27,420 bases of DNA from Promethearchaeota archaeon. GTDB taxonomy: Archaea > Asgardarchaeota > Lokiarchaeia > Sigyniarchaeales > SOKP01. Each line of letters opens with the position of its first letter. Positions within the stretch are counted from its first letter, which is position 1. The stretch is from the NCBI GenBank assembly GCA_048938005.1, contig JBHLMQ010000042.1:1-27420 (forward strand). Direction: 5' to 3'. Under the pieces are notes generated by a model. It worked only from the letters and a program-made list of their open reading frames with translations, had not been told where the DNA came from and searched no databases. Both the position numbers and the translations under genes were made by a program. Positions 1 through 8,448 of the stretch are shown piece after piece.

Positions 1-1
1 T

Positions 2-82
2 TGCCCTGAAGAAGCTATTAGATTAGAACGAACAGGTCCAAGAATTGTTTTTGTTCCTCCACCAAAAATAAAACAAAACTAA
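2..82 (+). CDS. 3' end of a probable 4Fe-4S ferredoxin-domain protein (partial, runs off the window start)
   Basis: Frame 2 reads CPEEAIRLERTGPRIVFVPPPKIKQN* (TAA 80-82). CPxxAI is the typical end of a 4Fe-4S dicluster motif. Confidence 0.6.
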   Translation, partial: CPEEAIRLERTGPRIVFVPPPKIKQN

Positions 83-159
83 CTCTTTTCTTTTAATTTT
101 AAACAATATTATTAAACTATTTTAAAAAAGAACTTAAATCTTAAACTAAACGCTGTATC

Positions 160-1689
160 TTGATGGAAATGAGCGAAAAATTTAATGTTTTGTTTATTAT
201 TACTGATGCAATGCGCGCAGACCATATGAGCTGCGCAGGGAATCCAATATTAAGGACACCTAATCTTGATAGATTAGCTAAGGAAGGTATAAGATTTACA
301 AATCATTTTTGCACTAATCCAATCTGTATGCCAAATAGGGCAACTTTAATTACAGGAGTTTATCCCAATGTGCATGGTGTTAGAAGTAATGGGATAAATC
401 TAAGGCCAGAGATTCCTACAATTATTCAAACTCTTAGGAAAAGAGGATGGTATACAGCAGCAATAGGAAAACTACACCATCAATACTGGTTAGGGCCATT
501 TAAACATAAGAGTAGATCTGCAGAATGTCTGACGGATTGGTCTATAATTAGAGATAAAAGTTATCCAGTTAGAGAGAATTTTCCATTACCATATTATGGT
601 TATGAAGAAGTTGAAGTGATTTCTGGAAATGGCACTATATGTGCAGGACATTATACTGAATGGCTGGAGGAAAAGGCTCCTGAAATCGCTGAGGACATGA
701 AAATTAGAGTTCAAAATTACGATAATCTATTTAGCCTTTTCTGTGATGCGATACCTGAAGAATTTTATAATACTACGTGGGTAAAAGAAAGAACCTTGGC
801 ATTCCTCGAAAGATATGCTCAGGGAAATTATGGGAATAAACCCTTTTATTTACATTGCTCGTTTCCTGATCCTCATTATCCATTATATCCACCTAAAAAA
901 TATCAAGATATGTATAAACCAGAAGATATTGAGCTACCAGCTAATTTTAATAATATTAAAAATTTGTATAACCACAAATTTTTAGGATACCATTTGAGAA
1001 ATCCACCTTTCAAAAAAGCATTTTTACGCGAATCATCTGAAGATGAAATCCGTAAGATCACAGCATTGACATATGCTTCAATTGCATATGTAGATTATAG
1101 CATAGGACAAATCTTAGCTTCATTAGATAAATTAGGATATTCAGAAAATACTATCGTTATCTTTATGAGTGATCATGGCGATTTAATGGGCGATCATGGC
1201 CTATTATTTAAAGGACCTTGTCCTTTTAATGGCGTTTTACAACTTCCCCTAATATGGAAAGTGCCAGGTTTAACAAATCCAGGAAGTGTGTCTGATTCAT
1301 TATTAAGTTCAATAGATTATCCAAAAACAATTTTAAATCTTCTGGGGATAAATGAAAGATACTCAGATATGCAAGGATATGATATTTCTCCTATTTTAGT
1401 GGATGCTAAAAAGAAAGTAAGAGATAGTATTTTAATTGAAAATGACGAGGAAGTAGGTACTCTTGAAGCAAGATTACGACACCTTATAACAGAGGATTAT
1501 AAATTAACGATTTATGAAAATTTGGATGATTTCGGTGACATTTATAATCGTAAAAATGATCCCTATGAATTAAATAATTTGTGGTATGATAATAATTTCA
1601 GACGCAAGCGATTTGAACTCATTAATAAGTTATTAAGAGAAAATTTAAAAGCCCAGGCAAAATACCCGCAAAGAATTGCCGCTACGTAA
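160..1689 (+). CDS. Sulfatase (arylsulfatase/choline-sulfatase-like, Cys-type)
   Basis: N-terminal NVLFIITDAMRAD, formylglycine motif CMPNRATLITG (CxPxR), GKLH, FPDPH, SDHGD and C-terminal DPYELNNL. Confidence 0.93.
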   Translation: MMEMSEKFNVLFIITDAMRADHMSCAGNPILRTPNLDRLAKEGIRFTNHFCTNPICMPNRATLITGVYPNVHGVRSNGINLRPEIPTIIQTLRKRGWYTAAIGKLHHQYWLGPFKHKSRSAECLTDWSIIRDKSYPVRENFPLPYYGYEEVEVISGNGTICAGHYTEWLEEKAPEIAEDMKIRVQNYDNLFSLFCDAIPEEFYNTTWVKERTLAFLERYAQGNYGNKPFYLHCSFPDPHYPLYPPKKYQDMYKPEDIELPANFNNIKNLYNHKFLGYHLRNPPFKKAFLRESSEDEIRKITALTYASIAYVDYSIGQILASLDKLGYSENTIVIFMSDHGDLMGDHGLLFKGPCPFNGVLQLPLIWKVPGLTNPGSVSDSLLSSIDYPKTILNLLGINERYSDMQGYDISPILVDAKKKVRDSILIENDEEVGTLEARLRHLITEDYKLTIYENLDDFGDIYNRKNDPYELNNLWYDNNFRRKRFELINKLLRENLKAQAKYPQRIAAT

Positions 1690-1918
1690 GACTTATTTTA
1701 AAATTACAAAATAATAAATACCGCAAATATTTTTATAAGAATAAGTAAATTAAGAATATATTTAACAAGACAGGAACCTATAATTTCAAAAATAAATAAA
1801 TTATAAAAAAATAGTTTATAATTACGTAGTTAATTTATTGATATAAGAATTAGTAGTCTAACATACAGGTATCACAATTGTTATAATTATATATTTATGA
1901 ATTTATATTATTAGGAAA

Positions 1919-4180
1919 ATGATAAAGAATATAAAAAAGAATTTGGCTTTAACTGTTCTATTTACTTCAATTATTATATTAAGTTTATTTCAAAATGTAA
2001 ATATAACTTATGGTCAGGGTAATGGGGATCCTCTCACAGTATATTCTGACTTTAAAATGTTAGAATTAGGAGAAACAAATGGTGAAATGTTAAATGCTAG
2101 TTCAATTGAATTTTCTCTACCCTCTGAAAATTGGAATTTAACTAATATAGAGTTAAATTTTACTGGTATTCAATCTAGGAGGGAAATTAAAGATATAGAA
2201 ATTCTACCTGTTGCAGCTCTACTTTTATATAAAACCAGAAGAGGAATGGGAGTGCAAATAAATATTACAAAACCTACTGAAATTTATAGGGTTCATATAT
2301 ATGGATATGAGAGTGCTCCTATCACTACAACTAATGTATCTATTCAAATTAGTGGATATGATTCAATCGCAAACCGACCAAATGAAACCATATATGGATC
2401 CACACAAATAAATATATCAAGCGAAATAAATTGGTATATTCAAAATTTTTCTAAGCCCGTTTTTCTCAATCCAGGAAATTATTATTTAGTAATGAATGGA
2501 ACAGGAATGGTGTCCTCAGATAATGGGCGATATTATTGGTTTAATAACAATAATCCAGAAAATCCAAATTTACATACATCGGAATGGGATAAAGATCTTG
2601 GGGTGTGGACTAATGGAATTACTGGAGAACCATTTCTATACAAATTAGATCAAAAGATAATTGGTCAGTTTTATCCAGAACACATGAATATGACTGTTGA
2701 CATTGATGGAATATCCTATCCAGTTTCAGATGGAGTTGATCCTGGAACTGGTTTTTTAAACGAAAGTATATCCCTTGCTCCAAGTGATCATAATATAACT
2801 ATTCCCATTAGAATTAATAGCTCAATAAATTTAATCTTCAATTTAAGTTATACTTTTAATTTACAGACTCAATTAATTTGTGATGGTTCAGCAATAATAA
2901 ATCACGATTCCCCAATTTTTTGGACATTAACTCCTATAATCGAGAGATTTTATGATTATCAATTTATTCAATTCTTATATCCAAAAAGTTGGTATAATTT
3001 TACTATATTTCAACAAATAGCGAGTATCTGGGAAAATAAAACTTCAGAAATTTATTTTAATGAAAATTATTTTATTATCACCAATAATACAATAACTAAT
3101 GATGATAAATGGATGATTACTGCGAATTCTGCAAATATAAATTTGAATTTGAACTTACCTATTACAGAATTGAAACCTAGACAGAATTTACAATTTTCTA
3201 GTACCATTGTAGAAGGTAATTTTACAGTCTTTATAACCAATCCAGGAAATTTTCGTTCCCAAGAATCTATGAATATAACTCTTGGATCAGGAGAAACAGT
3301 ATTTTCATATACAATTCCCGGTAATTCACATGAGGGAACCTATCTTTTAGAAATATATTGGAATAATGCTACAGATGCGGGAGCTCAATCTAAACAATTT
3401 GAGGTTATTGTACCTCTACCTGGCGTGGATCCAATGATGATTGTTATAGGTGTTGTTATTGCAATTGTAGTTTCAGCTTTAAGTGCCTTTTCTTATATAA
3501 AAATTAAAAAATATAGAAACAGAAAGATAGAAGAGGCTCAGAATATATATGATAAATGTATGGATGTGTTAAATTTAGATTATATAATTGTCTCTAATAA
3601 AAAATCTGGATTAAACGTGTATCAACAGCAATTTACAGAAAAAGAAATTGATGCTGCGATGATTTCAGGATTTCTACAAGCAATCCACTCCTTTGGAATT
3701 GAGTTAATAAAGATTGAAGATCAATCGCAAACTATAAAGCTAGAATACAAAGACTCAATCATAATTATGACAGAATTTGTAAATCTTCGATTAATCCTAA
3801 TCATGAAGGAGCATCCTTCTCCTAATTTTTTATATTCACTTGAAGACCTATCGTATGACATCTATAAATATTATGGCAAATTTATTGATGAATTTACTGG
3901 CGATATTAAACCTTTTAAACCAATTGAGAAATTGCTAAAACACCATCTAAATACTTCACTTACTTATCCATTACAGATAGCAAGGATAGAAAAGTTGGAA
4001 AGCATTAAAATAAAGCCGAGTGAAAAGTCATTTATTAATAGAGCAATTTCTTCTATGAAAAGGAATAATATAGATTATTTTTATTTAAATTCATTATTAC
4101 CTGAAAAATCTTGTACTCCAAAGGATATTGAGATTATCATTAATCTTATGAATAACAATATTATTCAAGTTAAGGAGTAA
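1919..4180 (+). CDS. Single-pass surface glycoprotein with a cytoplasmic longin/roadblock-like domain (Asgard-type)
   Basis: N-terminal hydrophobic signal/anchor, a beta-rich ectodomain with about 20 N-x-S/T sequons, TM helix MMIVIGVVIAIVVSALSAFSYI followed by a basic KIKKYRNRK, then YIIVSNKKSGLNVY...MISGFLQAIHSFGIEL...FTGDIKPF, which resembles Asgard longin-like domains. Confidence 0.7.
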   Translation: MIKNIKKNLALTVLFTSIIILSLFQNVNITYGQGNGDPLTVYSDFKMLELGETNGEMLNASSIEFSLPSENWNLTNIELNFTGIQSRREIKDIEILPVAALLLYKTRRGMGVQINITKPTEIYRVHIYGYESAPITTTNVSIQISGYDSIANRPNETIYGSTQINISSEINWYIQNFSKPVFLNPGNYYLVMNGTGMVSSDNGRYYWFNNNNPENPNLHTSEWDKDLGVWTNGITGEPFLYKLDQKIIGQFYPEHMNMTVDIDGISYPVSDGVDPGTGFLNESISLAPSDHNITIPIRINSSINLIFNLSYTFNLQTQLICDGSAIINHDSPIFWTLTPIIERFYDYQFIQFLYPKSWYNFTIFQQIASIWENKTSEIYFNENYFIITNNTITNDDKWMITANSANINLNLNLPITELKPRQNLQFSSTIVEGNFTVFITNPGNFRSQESMNITLGSGETVFSYTIPGNSHEGTYLLEIYWNNATDAGAQSKQFEVIVPLPGVDPMMIVIGVVIAIVVSALSAFSYIKIKKYRNRKIEEAQNIYDKCMDVLNLDYIIVSNKKSGLNVYQQQFTEKEIDAAMISGFLQAIHSFGIELIKIEDQSQTIKLEYKDSIIIMTEFVNLRLILIMKEHPSPNFLYSLEDLSYDIYKYYGKFIDEFTGDIKPFKPIEKLLKHHLNTSLTYPLQIARIEKLESIKIKPSEKSFINRAISSMKRNNIDYFYLNSLLPEKSCTPKDIEIIINLMNNNIIQVKE

Positions 4181-4258
4181 TTTCTTTTCCTATTTTAGAG
4201 TTATTAAACTCTTACATTAATGTTTTGAATATAATAAAAAAAAAAATTTTTTAACTTT

Positions 4259-4846
4259 TTATTCTGATTTTTTACGCCATACGGTTAAATAGACAATAAG
4301 GAGAATTACCGCTGCGGGAATTCCAAAATAAATTACTAACCACATTACTGTTAAAAACCCTGCCCTAACGAAATAACTATATTCTAAAAAAGCAAATTGA
4401 GTGTCATAAAATCCATCTACAGCTACAAAGATACAAAACGCAATAAACATAAAAAGACCACCCCCACCGCCGCCACCCCAAGTTCTTGCTCTATGTGTTT
4501 CTTTCTTCGTTCTAGATTTAAATTCTTGCTTTTCTTCATCCGGTAATCTACGCCACCATAAATATCCTCCTATACCAAAAAATAATCCTGTAGGAAGACC
4601 AACAAATAATAGTTCCCATAATATTAAAAGAATCGCGAAACAGACTACATGCATTAATGTCCACTGATTAAATGTCCATGTACCTTGTCCACCAATAGGA
4701 GATGTTAGCATAAACCAAAACACCACTAAAATAGCACCTAAACAAGCGACAACTCCAGCAATAATTGCGATCATAAATGTTTTCCAATGTTCTCTAATTT
4801 TTTTTCCCCAAAATTTTTCGTCACTTAATTCTTCACTATTTTCCAT
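4259..4846 (-). CDS. Hypothetical membrane protein (about 4 TM, internal two-fold repeat, poly-Gly linker)
   Basis: 195-aa ORF with hydrophobic segments and a G7 run. It lies downstream of arsR on the same strand. Confidence 0.75.
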   Translation of the reverse strand: MENSEELSDEKFWGKKIREHWKTFMIAIIAGVVACLGAILVVFWFMLTSPIGGQGTWTFNQWTLMHVVCFAILLILWELLFVGLPTGLFFGIGGYLWWRRLPDEEKQEFKSRTKKETHRARTWGGGGGGGLFMFIAFCIFVAVDGFYDTQFAFLEYSYFVRAGFLTVMWLVIYFGIPAAVILLIVYLTVWRKKSE

Positions 4847-4990
4847 TCAAATTACCTATAAATTATATAAAAATTTTGTATAAGAAATAAATAGGACTAT
4901 TTAAATATTTGGTCTTTATAATTTATTTACTCTTTATAATTGAAGTAGTTCCTATATATACCCAGACTTAAAACGAAAATAAACCTTAAA

Positions 4991-5383
4991 CTATCCAAAA
5001 CTGAATTTTTGATTAAAATTAGTAAGATACTTTTCAAATTCTTTCTTTAATAAGGTATAGTATGTAAATTTCCCTTTTTTCCATCCACGAATCAAGCCTA
5101 CTTTTTCTAATTCTCGTAAATGATGAGATATTGATGGTTGAGATTTATCCAAGATCGCTTCCAATTCGCAAACACAGCGTTCTTTATCCTTTAATGCAGT
5201 TAATATGGTTAATCGTTCCCTATTTCCTAATGCATGAAGAAATGTTAACAGCGAAGTTAATTCTTGATCAAATTTTAAATCGTTTCCAATTTGGTGTAAA
5301 TTTTTAAAGTATTTATCACCATTAGAGCAATCATCACATCCACATAATGTATCTTTAATCTTTTGCTTTCTTTCGATATTCAT
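4991..5383 (-). CDS. arsR: ArsR/SmtB family metalloregulatory transcriptional repressor
   Basis: ALGNRERLTIL...ERCVCELEAILDKSQPSISHHLRELEKVGLI...GKFTYY: winged HTH with an alpha3 CVC metal site, plus an N-terminal CGCDDC. Confidence 0.93.
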   Translation of the reverse strand: MNIERKQKIKDTLCGCDDCSNGDKYFKNLHQIGNDLKFDQELTSLLTFLHALGNRERLTILTALKDKERCVCELEAILDKSQPSISHHLRELEKVGLIRGWKKGKFTYYTLLKKEFEKYLTNFNQKFSFG

Positions 5384-5447
5384 CCAAATAACCTTGTATT
5401 CTTATATTGTCACTATAATAGAACGATTGAAATTATAAAAATTTTAT

Positions 5448-5491
5448 TCATATCTAAAAAGATTGATTCATATCCAAATATTTTTATATGA
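5448..5491. promoter_or_regulatory. Candidate ArsR operator(s) in the divergent promoter region
   Basis: 5468-5491 TCATATCCAAAT|ATTTTTATATGA is a 12+12 imperfect palindrome (10/12 match). A degenerate copy, TCATATCTAAAAAGATTGA, lies at 5448-5466, and ATTCATATC is directly repeated. Confidence 0.55.
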
Positions 5492-5592
5492 TATATTCTT
5501 TTATTATTTCAGCTTCTTTAAAGTTAAAATTTATAAAAAATGAAAATATCAAAAATAAAAATAAAATTGATTTAATGAGGTAGTAAATGTAA

Positions 5593-5676
5593 ATGGGAGA
5601 GAAAACTAAAGAATGTTGTTCTGAAGAATCAAAAAATGATGATGGGGAATCCCAATCAAAAGAAGGATGTTGTTAA
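5593..5676 (+). CDS. 27-aa peptide with two Cys-Cys pairs (putative metal(loid)-binding micro-protein); not in the ORF track
   Basis: MGEKTKECCSEESKNDDGESQSKEGCC*, preceded by GAGGT at 5577-5581. It is the first ORF of the operon divergent from arsR. Confidence 0.65.
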   Translation: MGEKTKECCSEESKNDDGESQSKEGCC

Positions 5677-5745
5677 AGTAAAAAGAATTCACTTTAAGGC
5701 AATATTTGAAATATAGAAGATCACAATTTTTAGGAAGTTCAAAAA

Positions 5746-6357
5746 ATGAATATTATTGGTATATCAGGGACCCCTAGAAAAAATGGGAATAGTGAAATCC
5801 TCTTGGAGTATGCTTTAAAACCTTTTAAAAATAATGGATGGAATGTTAAAACTTTTCTATTAAGTGAGTTAACTATAAATCATTGTAAAGCTTGCGATTC
5901 ATGTAAGGAAACTGGAACTTGTATTATTAAAGATGATATGCAAGAAATTTATGATGCATTTCGATGGTGTCATGCCATCATAATCTCAAGTCCAGTTTAT
6001 TACCTCAATGTTAGTGCTCAATTACTTTCCTTACTTGATAGACATTACGCCGTACATGTCGAAAAACCTTTAGAAGGAAAGGTAGGGGGAGCACTTACGG
6101 TCGGTAATGGAACATGTGGAGGTCAAACATTAGCACTTAATACAATTTATTCATGGATGCTTTCATGCGGAATCATATGCATTCCCGGGGAATTAAATGG
6201 AGTCAAATCTGTAGCCGACAAGCCAGGAGATATTTTAAATCAAGAAAACCAGTTAAAACAAGCAGAAATTCTTGGATTTAATATACTAAAAGTGACAAAA
6301 GAATTAAAATCCATTACTGGGTTTAATAAATATCCTAAATACAATAAAAAGGTGTGA
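5746..6357 (+). CDS. Iron-sulfur flavoprotein (Isf) / flavodoxin-like NADPH-dependent FMN reductase family
   Basis: GTPRKNGNS FMN loop, compact CKACDSCKETGTC (Cx2Cx2Cx5C) cluster motif, DDM, and SPVYY. Confidence 0.9.
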   Translation: MNIIGISGTPRKNGNSEILLEYALKPFKNNGWNVKTFLLSELTINHCKACDSCKETGTCIIKDDMQEIYDAFRWCHAIIISSPVYYLNVSAQLLSLLDRHYAVHVEKPLEGKVGGALTVGNGTCGGQTLALNTIYSWMLSCGIICIPGELNGVKSVADKPGDILNQENQLKQAEILGFNILKVTKELKSITGFNKYPKYNKKV

Positions 6358-8033
6358 ATAAAATCGCTGTAGTATATATGCGAAAGCTGGAATTAGAACC
6401 AGAAACCTATGATTCAAAATTCACAGAACTTACTAAAAGTACGAATATTAAAGTTCATGATTGGATATTAGAAAGGATTAAAGTACCGCAAATAATCTTA
6501 GAAGTAGGATGCGGAACAGGTACTCTTGCTAAAAAGATGGCATTAAAAGGCAACGAAGTTCTAGCGATTGATCAAAACTTGCAAATGATAAATATTGCGA
6601 TGAAAAACTATTCTTCTAAGGAAGAACTGAAACTTTTATATCAAATAGGCTCTATTCATAATTTACCTGTAGAAGATAATTCTAAAGATTTAATTGTTAG
6701 TACATTCATGCTTTCAGAGCTTAGACCATTTGAACAACAAATCTTTCTCAGAAAAATATGGAAAGCATTGAAGCCAAAAGGACGAGTTCTTCTCGCAGCA
6801 GAATTTATGCCCTCAGGATTTTGGAGGATATGGTTCAAAATAAAGAGATGGTTGTACAAAAAAAAATTAAGGAGACTTCGGTTAGAGAGTACGTTTATAG
6901 TAAAATGGTTTTTCAATTATTTAGAACCTATAGGTTTTAAAATTGTAGCAGAAAAAAAATGGAGACATGGATCTATTCGAGCAATTGAACTAGAAAAAAT
7001 TGATGATGAGAATTTAAACGAACCAGGATTTTACCGTCCTAATCCCCGAAAATTTAAGGGTTTACGTGCGCAAATGAATATTTATCGTTGCATTTTTACA
7101 GGACAAGTAGACCATGTTCCAATTGAACCAGGAATTTACCAATCTGGAAATCCAGATGAGAATTCTCCTGTTATAGTAACTGCAAATTATATTTACACTT
7201 ATATTAAAGTAATGCGTGCTCTTAAAGGAATAGATGCATGGGTTTTGTGTGTAGATTCAAGAGGAATAAATGTATGGTGTGCTGCGCGAGGAAATGATTT
7301 TGGAAACAAGCAATTAATTGAAGCAGTTGAAGCAACTGAAATTGCAAAGATCACCAGTAAGAAAACATTATTTCTACCTCAACTATCTGCTGGAGGGATA
7401 GCAACACCTCTAATAAAAAGTGAAGCAGCAAATTTTCCATTTAATTTATTATACGGTCCTGTTTGGGCTAAATATCTACCTCAATTCCTTGAAGAACGCC
7501 CTGCCCATAAACCTGATAAAATGAAATTGGCAAGATTTTCATTATCCCATCGTCTTCGAGCTGGAATAACACATACTACTTTTTTATTTCGAAAAGTTTT
7601 TCTATTACCTAGCATTGCTTTGTTTCTGCTATTGATGGTACTTGTACTTACTGATACCTTATGGATAGGTAAATTATGGATAGTTGGTGAATTTTGGCTC
7701 TGGATAATTATAACAAACGCTTTAATTGCGATATTAATTCCTATTACAAATTTCACACGGAAATTTATCATTAAAGGAATAATTTTTGGAGTTATCAACA
7801 TACTATTGTTCATTGGGATTTCTTGGCTTTTAGGTACCTCAATACCTTCGATTTTCTTGAGTCTTTGCTTGTATTTTTGGTTAGCATTTTTCGCTACAAT
7901 GTCGTTTAGTGGATATACGATGGCAACCAGCCCTCGAGAAATTCAAGACGAATATCCCATTTTTACTAAAATAAATATAACTTTATTAATAATTGGTCTC
8001 ATAACCAAGGCAATTGCTTTTATTTTTTTTTAA
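6354..8033 (+). CDS. hgcA: Fusion of a class I SAM-dependent methyltransferase and an HgcA-like corrinoid-binding/transmembrane protein
   Basis: Residues about 1-215: LEVGCGTG, AID, DLIVSTFML, LKPKG. Residues about 250-385: IEPGIY.GNPDENSPVIVTANY...AWVLCVDSRGINVWCAA...LPQLSAGG...YGPVWAKYLP, collinear with the HgcA/CdhD-like cobalamin domain. Then about 5 TM helices with MSFSGYTMATS, matching the HgcA MNFTGSTxxTS position. The GTG start overlaps the Isf stop (GTGA). Confidence 0.85.
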   Translation: MNKIAVVYMRKLELEPETYDSKFTELTKSTNIKVHDWILERIKVPQIILEVGCGTGTLAKKMALKGNEVLAIDQNLQMINIAMKNYSSKEELKLLYQIGSIHNLPVEDNSKDLIVSTFMLSELRPFEQQIFLRKIWKALKPKGRVLLAAEFMPSGFWRIWFKIKRWLYKKKLRRLRLESTFIVKWFFNYLEPIGFKIVAEKKWRHGSIRAIELEKIDDENLNEPGFYRPNPRKFKGLRAQMNIYRCIFTGQVDHVPIEPGIYQSGNPDENSPVIVTANYIYTYIKVMRALKGIDAWVLCVDSRGINVWCAARGNDFGNKQLIEAVEATEIAKITSKKTLFLPQLSAGGIATPLIKSEAANFPFNLLYGPVWAKYLPQFLEERPAHKPDKMKLARFSLSHRLRAGITHTTFLFRKVFLLPSIALFLLLMVLVLTDTLWIGKLWIVGEFWLWIIITNALIAILIPITNFTRKFIIKGIIFGVINILLFIGISWLLGTSIPSIFLSLCLYFWLAFFATMSFSGYTMATSPREIQDEYPIFTKINITLLIIGLITKAIAFIFF

Positions 8034-8092
8034 TATTTTAGAATAAAACAAAATAAATAAGATAAAAAAATATTATTAAATTAGAAAAAAAG

Positions 8093-8398
8093 GTGGTTAA
8101 AATAACTTTAAAAACAACATCAGTTAAGATGCATTTAGTTATTCCAAAAATCTCGATAAATCCTGATTTATGCACTGGTTGTGGTATATGTGGAGAAGTA
8201 TGCCCTTTTGGAATTCCAAAGTTAAATGATAATGGAAAATTCGAAATGTATGAACCTGAACGTTGTACAGAGTGTTCTGCTTGCAAACGGAATTGCCCTA
8301 CAATGGCAATAATGTTACAAGAGCAAAAAGGTTGTGGCTGTTTATGGAATGCTCGTTATATTGCTAAAAATCCACAAAATAATAGTTGTTGTGGATAA
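8093..8398 (+). CDS. hgcB: HgcB-like 2x[4Fe-4S] ferredoxin with C-terminal cysteines (alternative start at ATG 8129)
   Basis: CTGCGICGEVCP and CTECSACKRNCP clusters, then GCGC (HgcB GVGC position) and terminal SCCG. It lies immediately downstream of the hgcA-like gene. Confidence 0.82.
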   Translation: MVKITLKTTSVKMHLVIPKISINPDLCTGCGICGEVCPFGIPKLNDNGKFEMYEPERCTECSACKRNCPTMAIMLQEQKGCGCLWNARYIAKNPQNNSCCG

Positions 8399-8448
8399 AG
8401 AACTTTCATATTTCTGAATTATATTATGAAGGTACTTTATATAGGTAT

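Noticed and set aside
6354-7000. Calling the fused methyltransferase an ArsM/AS3MT arsenite methyltransferase
   Set aside because: The domain has only the Cys in the GCG SAM motif and lacks the additional conserved As-binding cysteines of ArsM. It looks like a generic UbiE-like class I MTase.
6656-8286. Short antisense or alternate-frame ORFs 6656-6916, 6758-6940, 7481-7813 and 8038-8286
   Set aside because: Shadows of well-supported genes, with no motifs of their own.
6354-8398. Selenocysteine versions of HgcA/HgcB
   Set aside because: No in-frame TGA. The key positions are TGT/TGC and both genes end in TAA.
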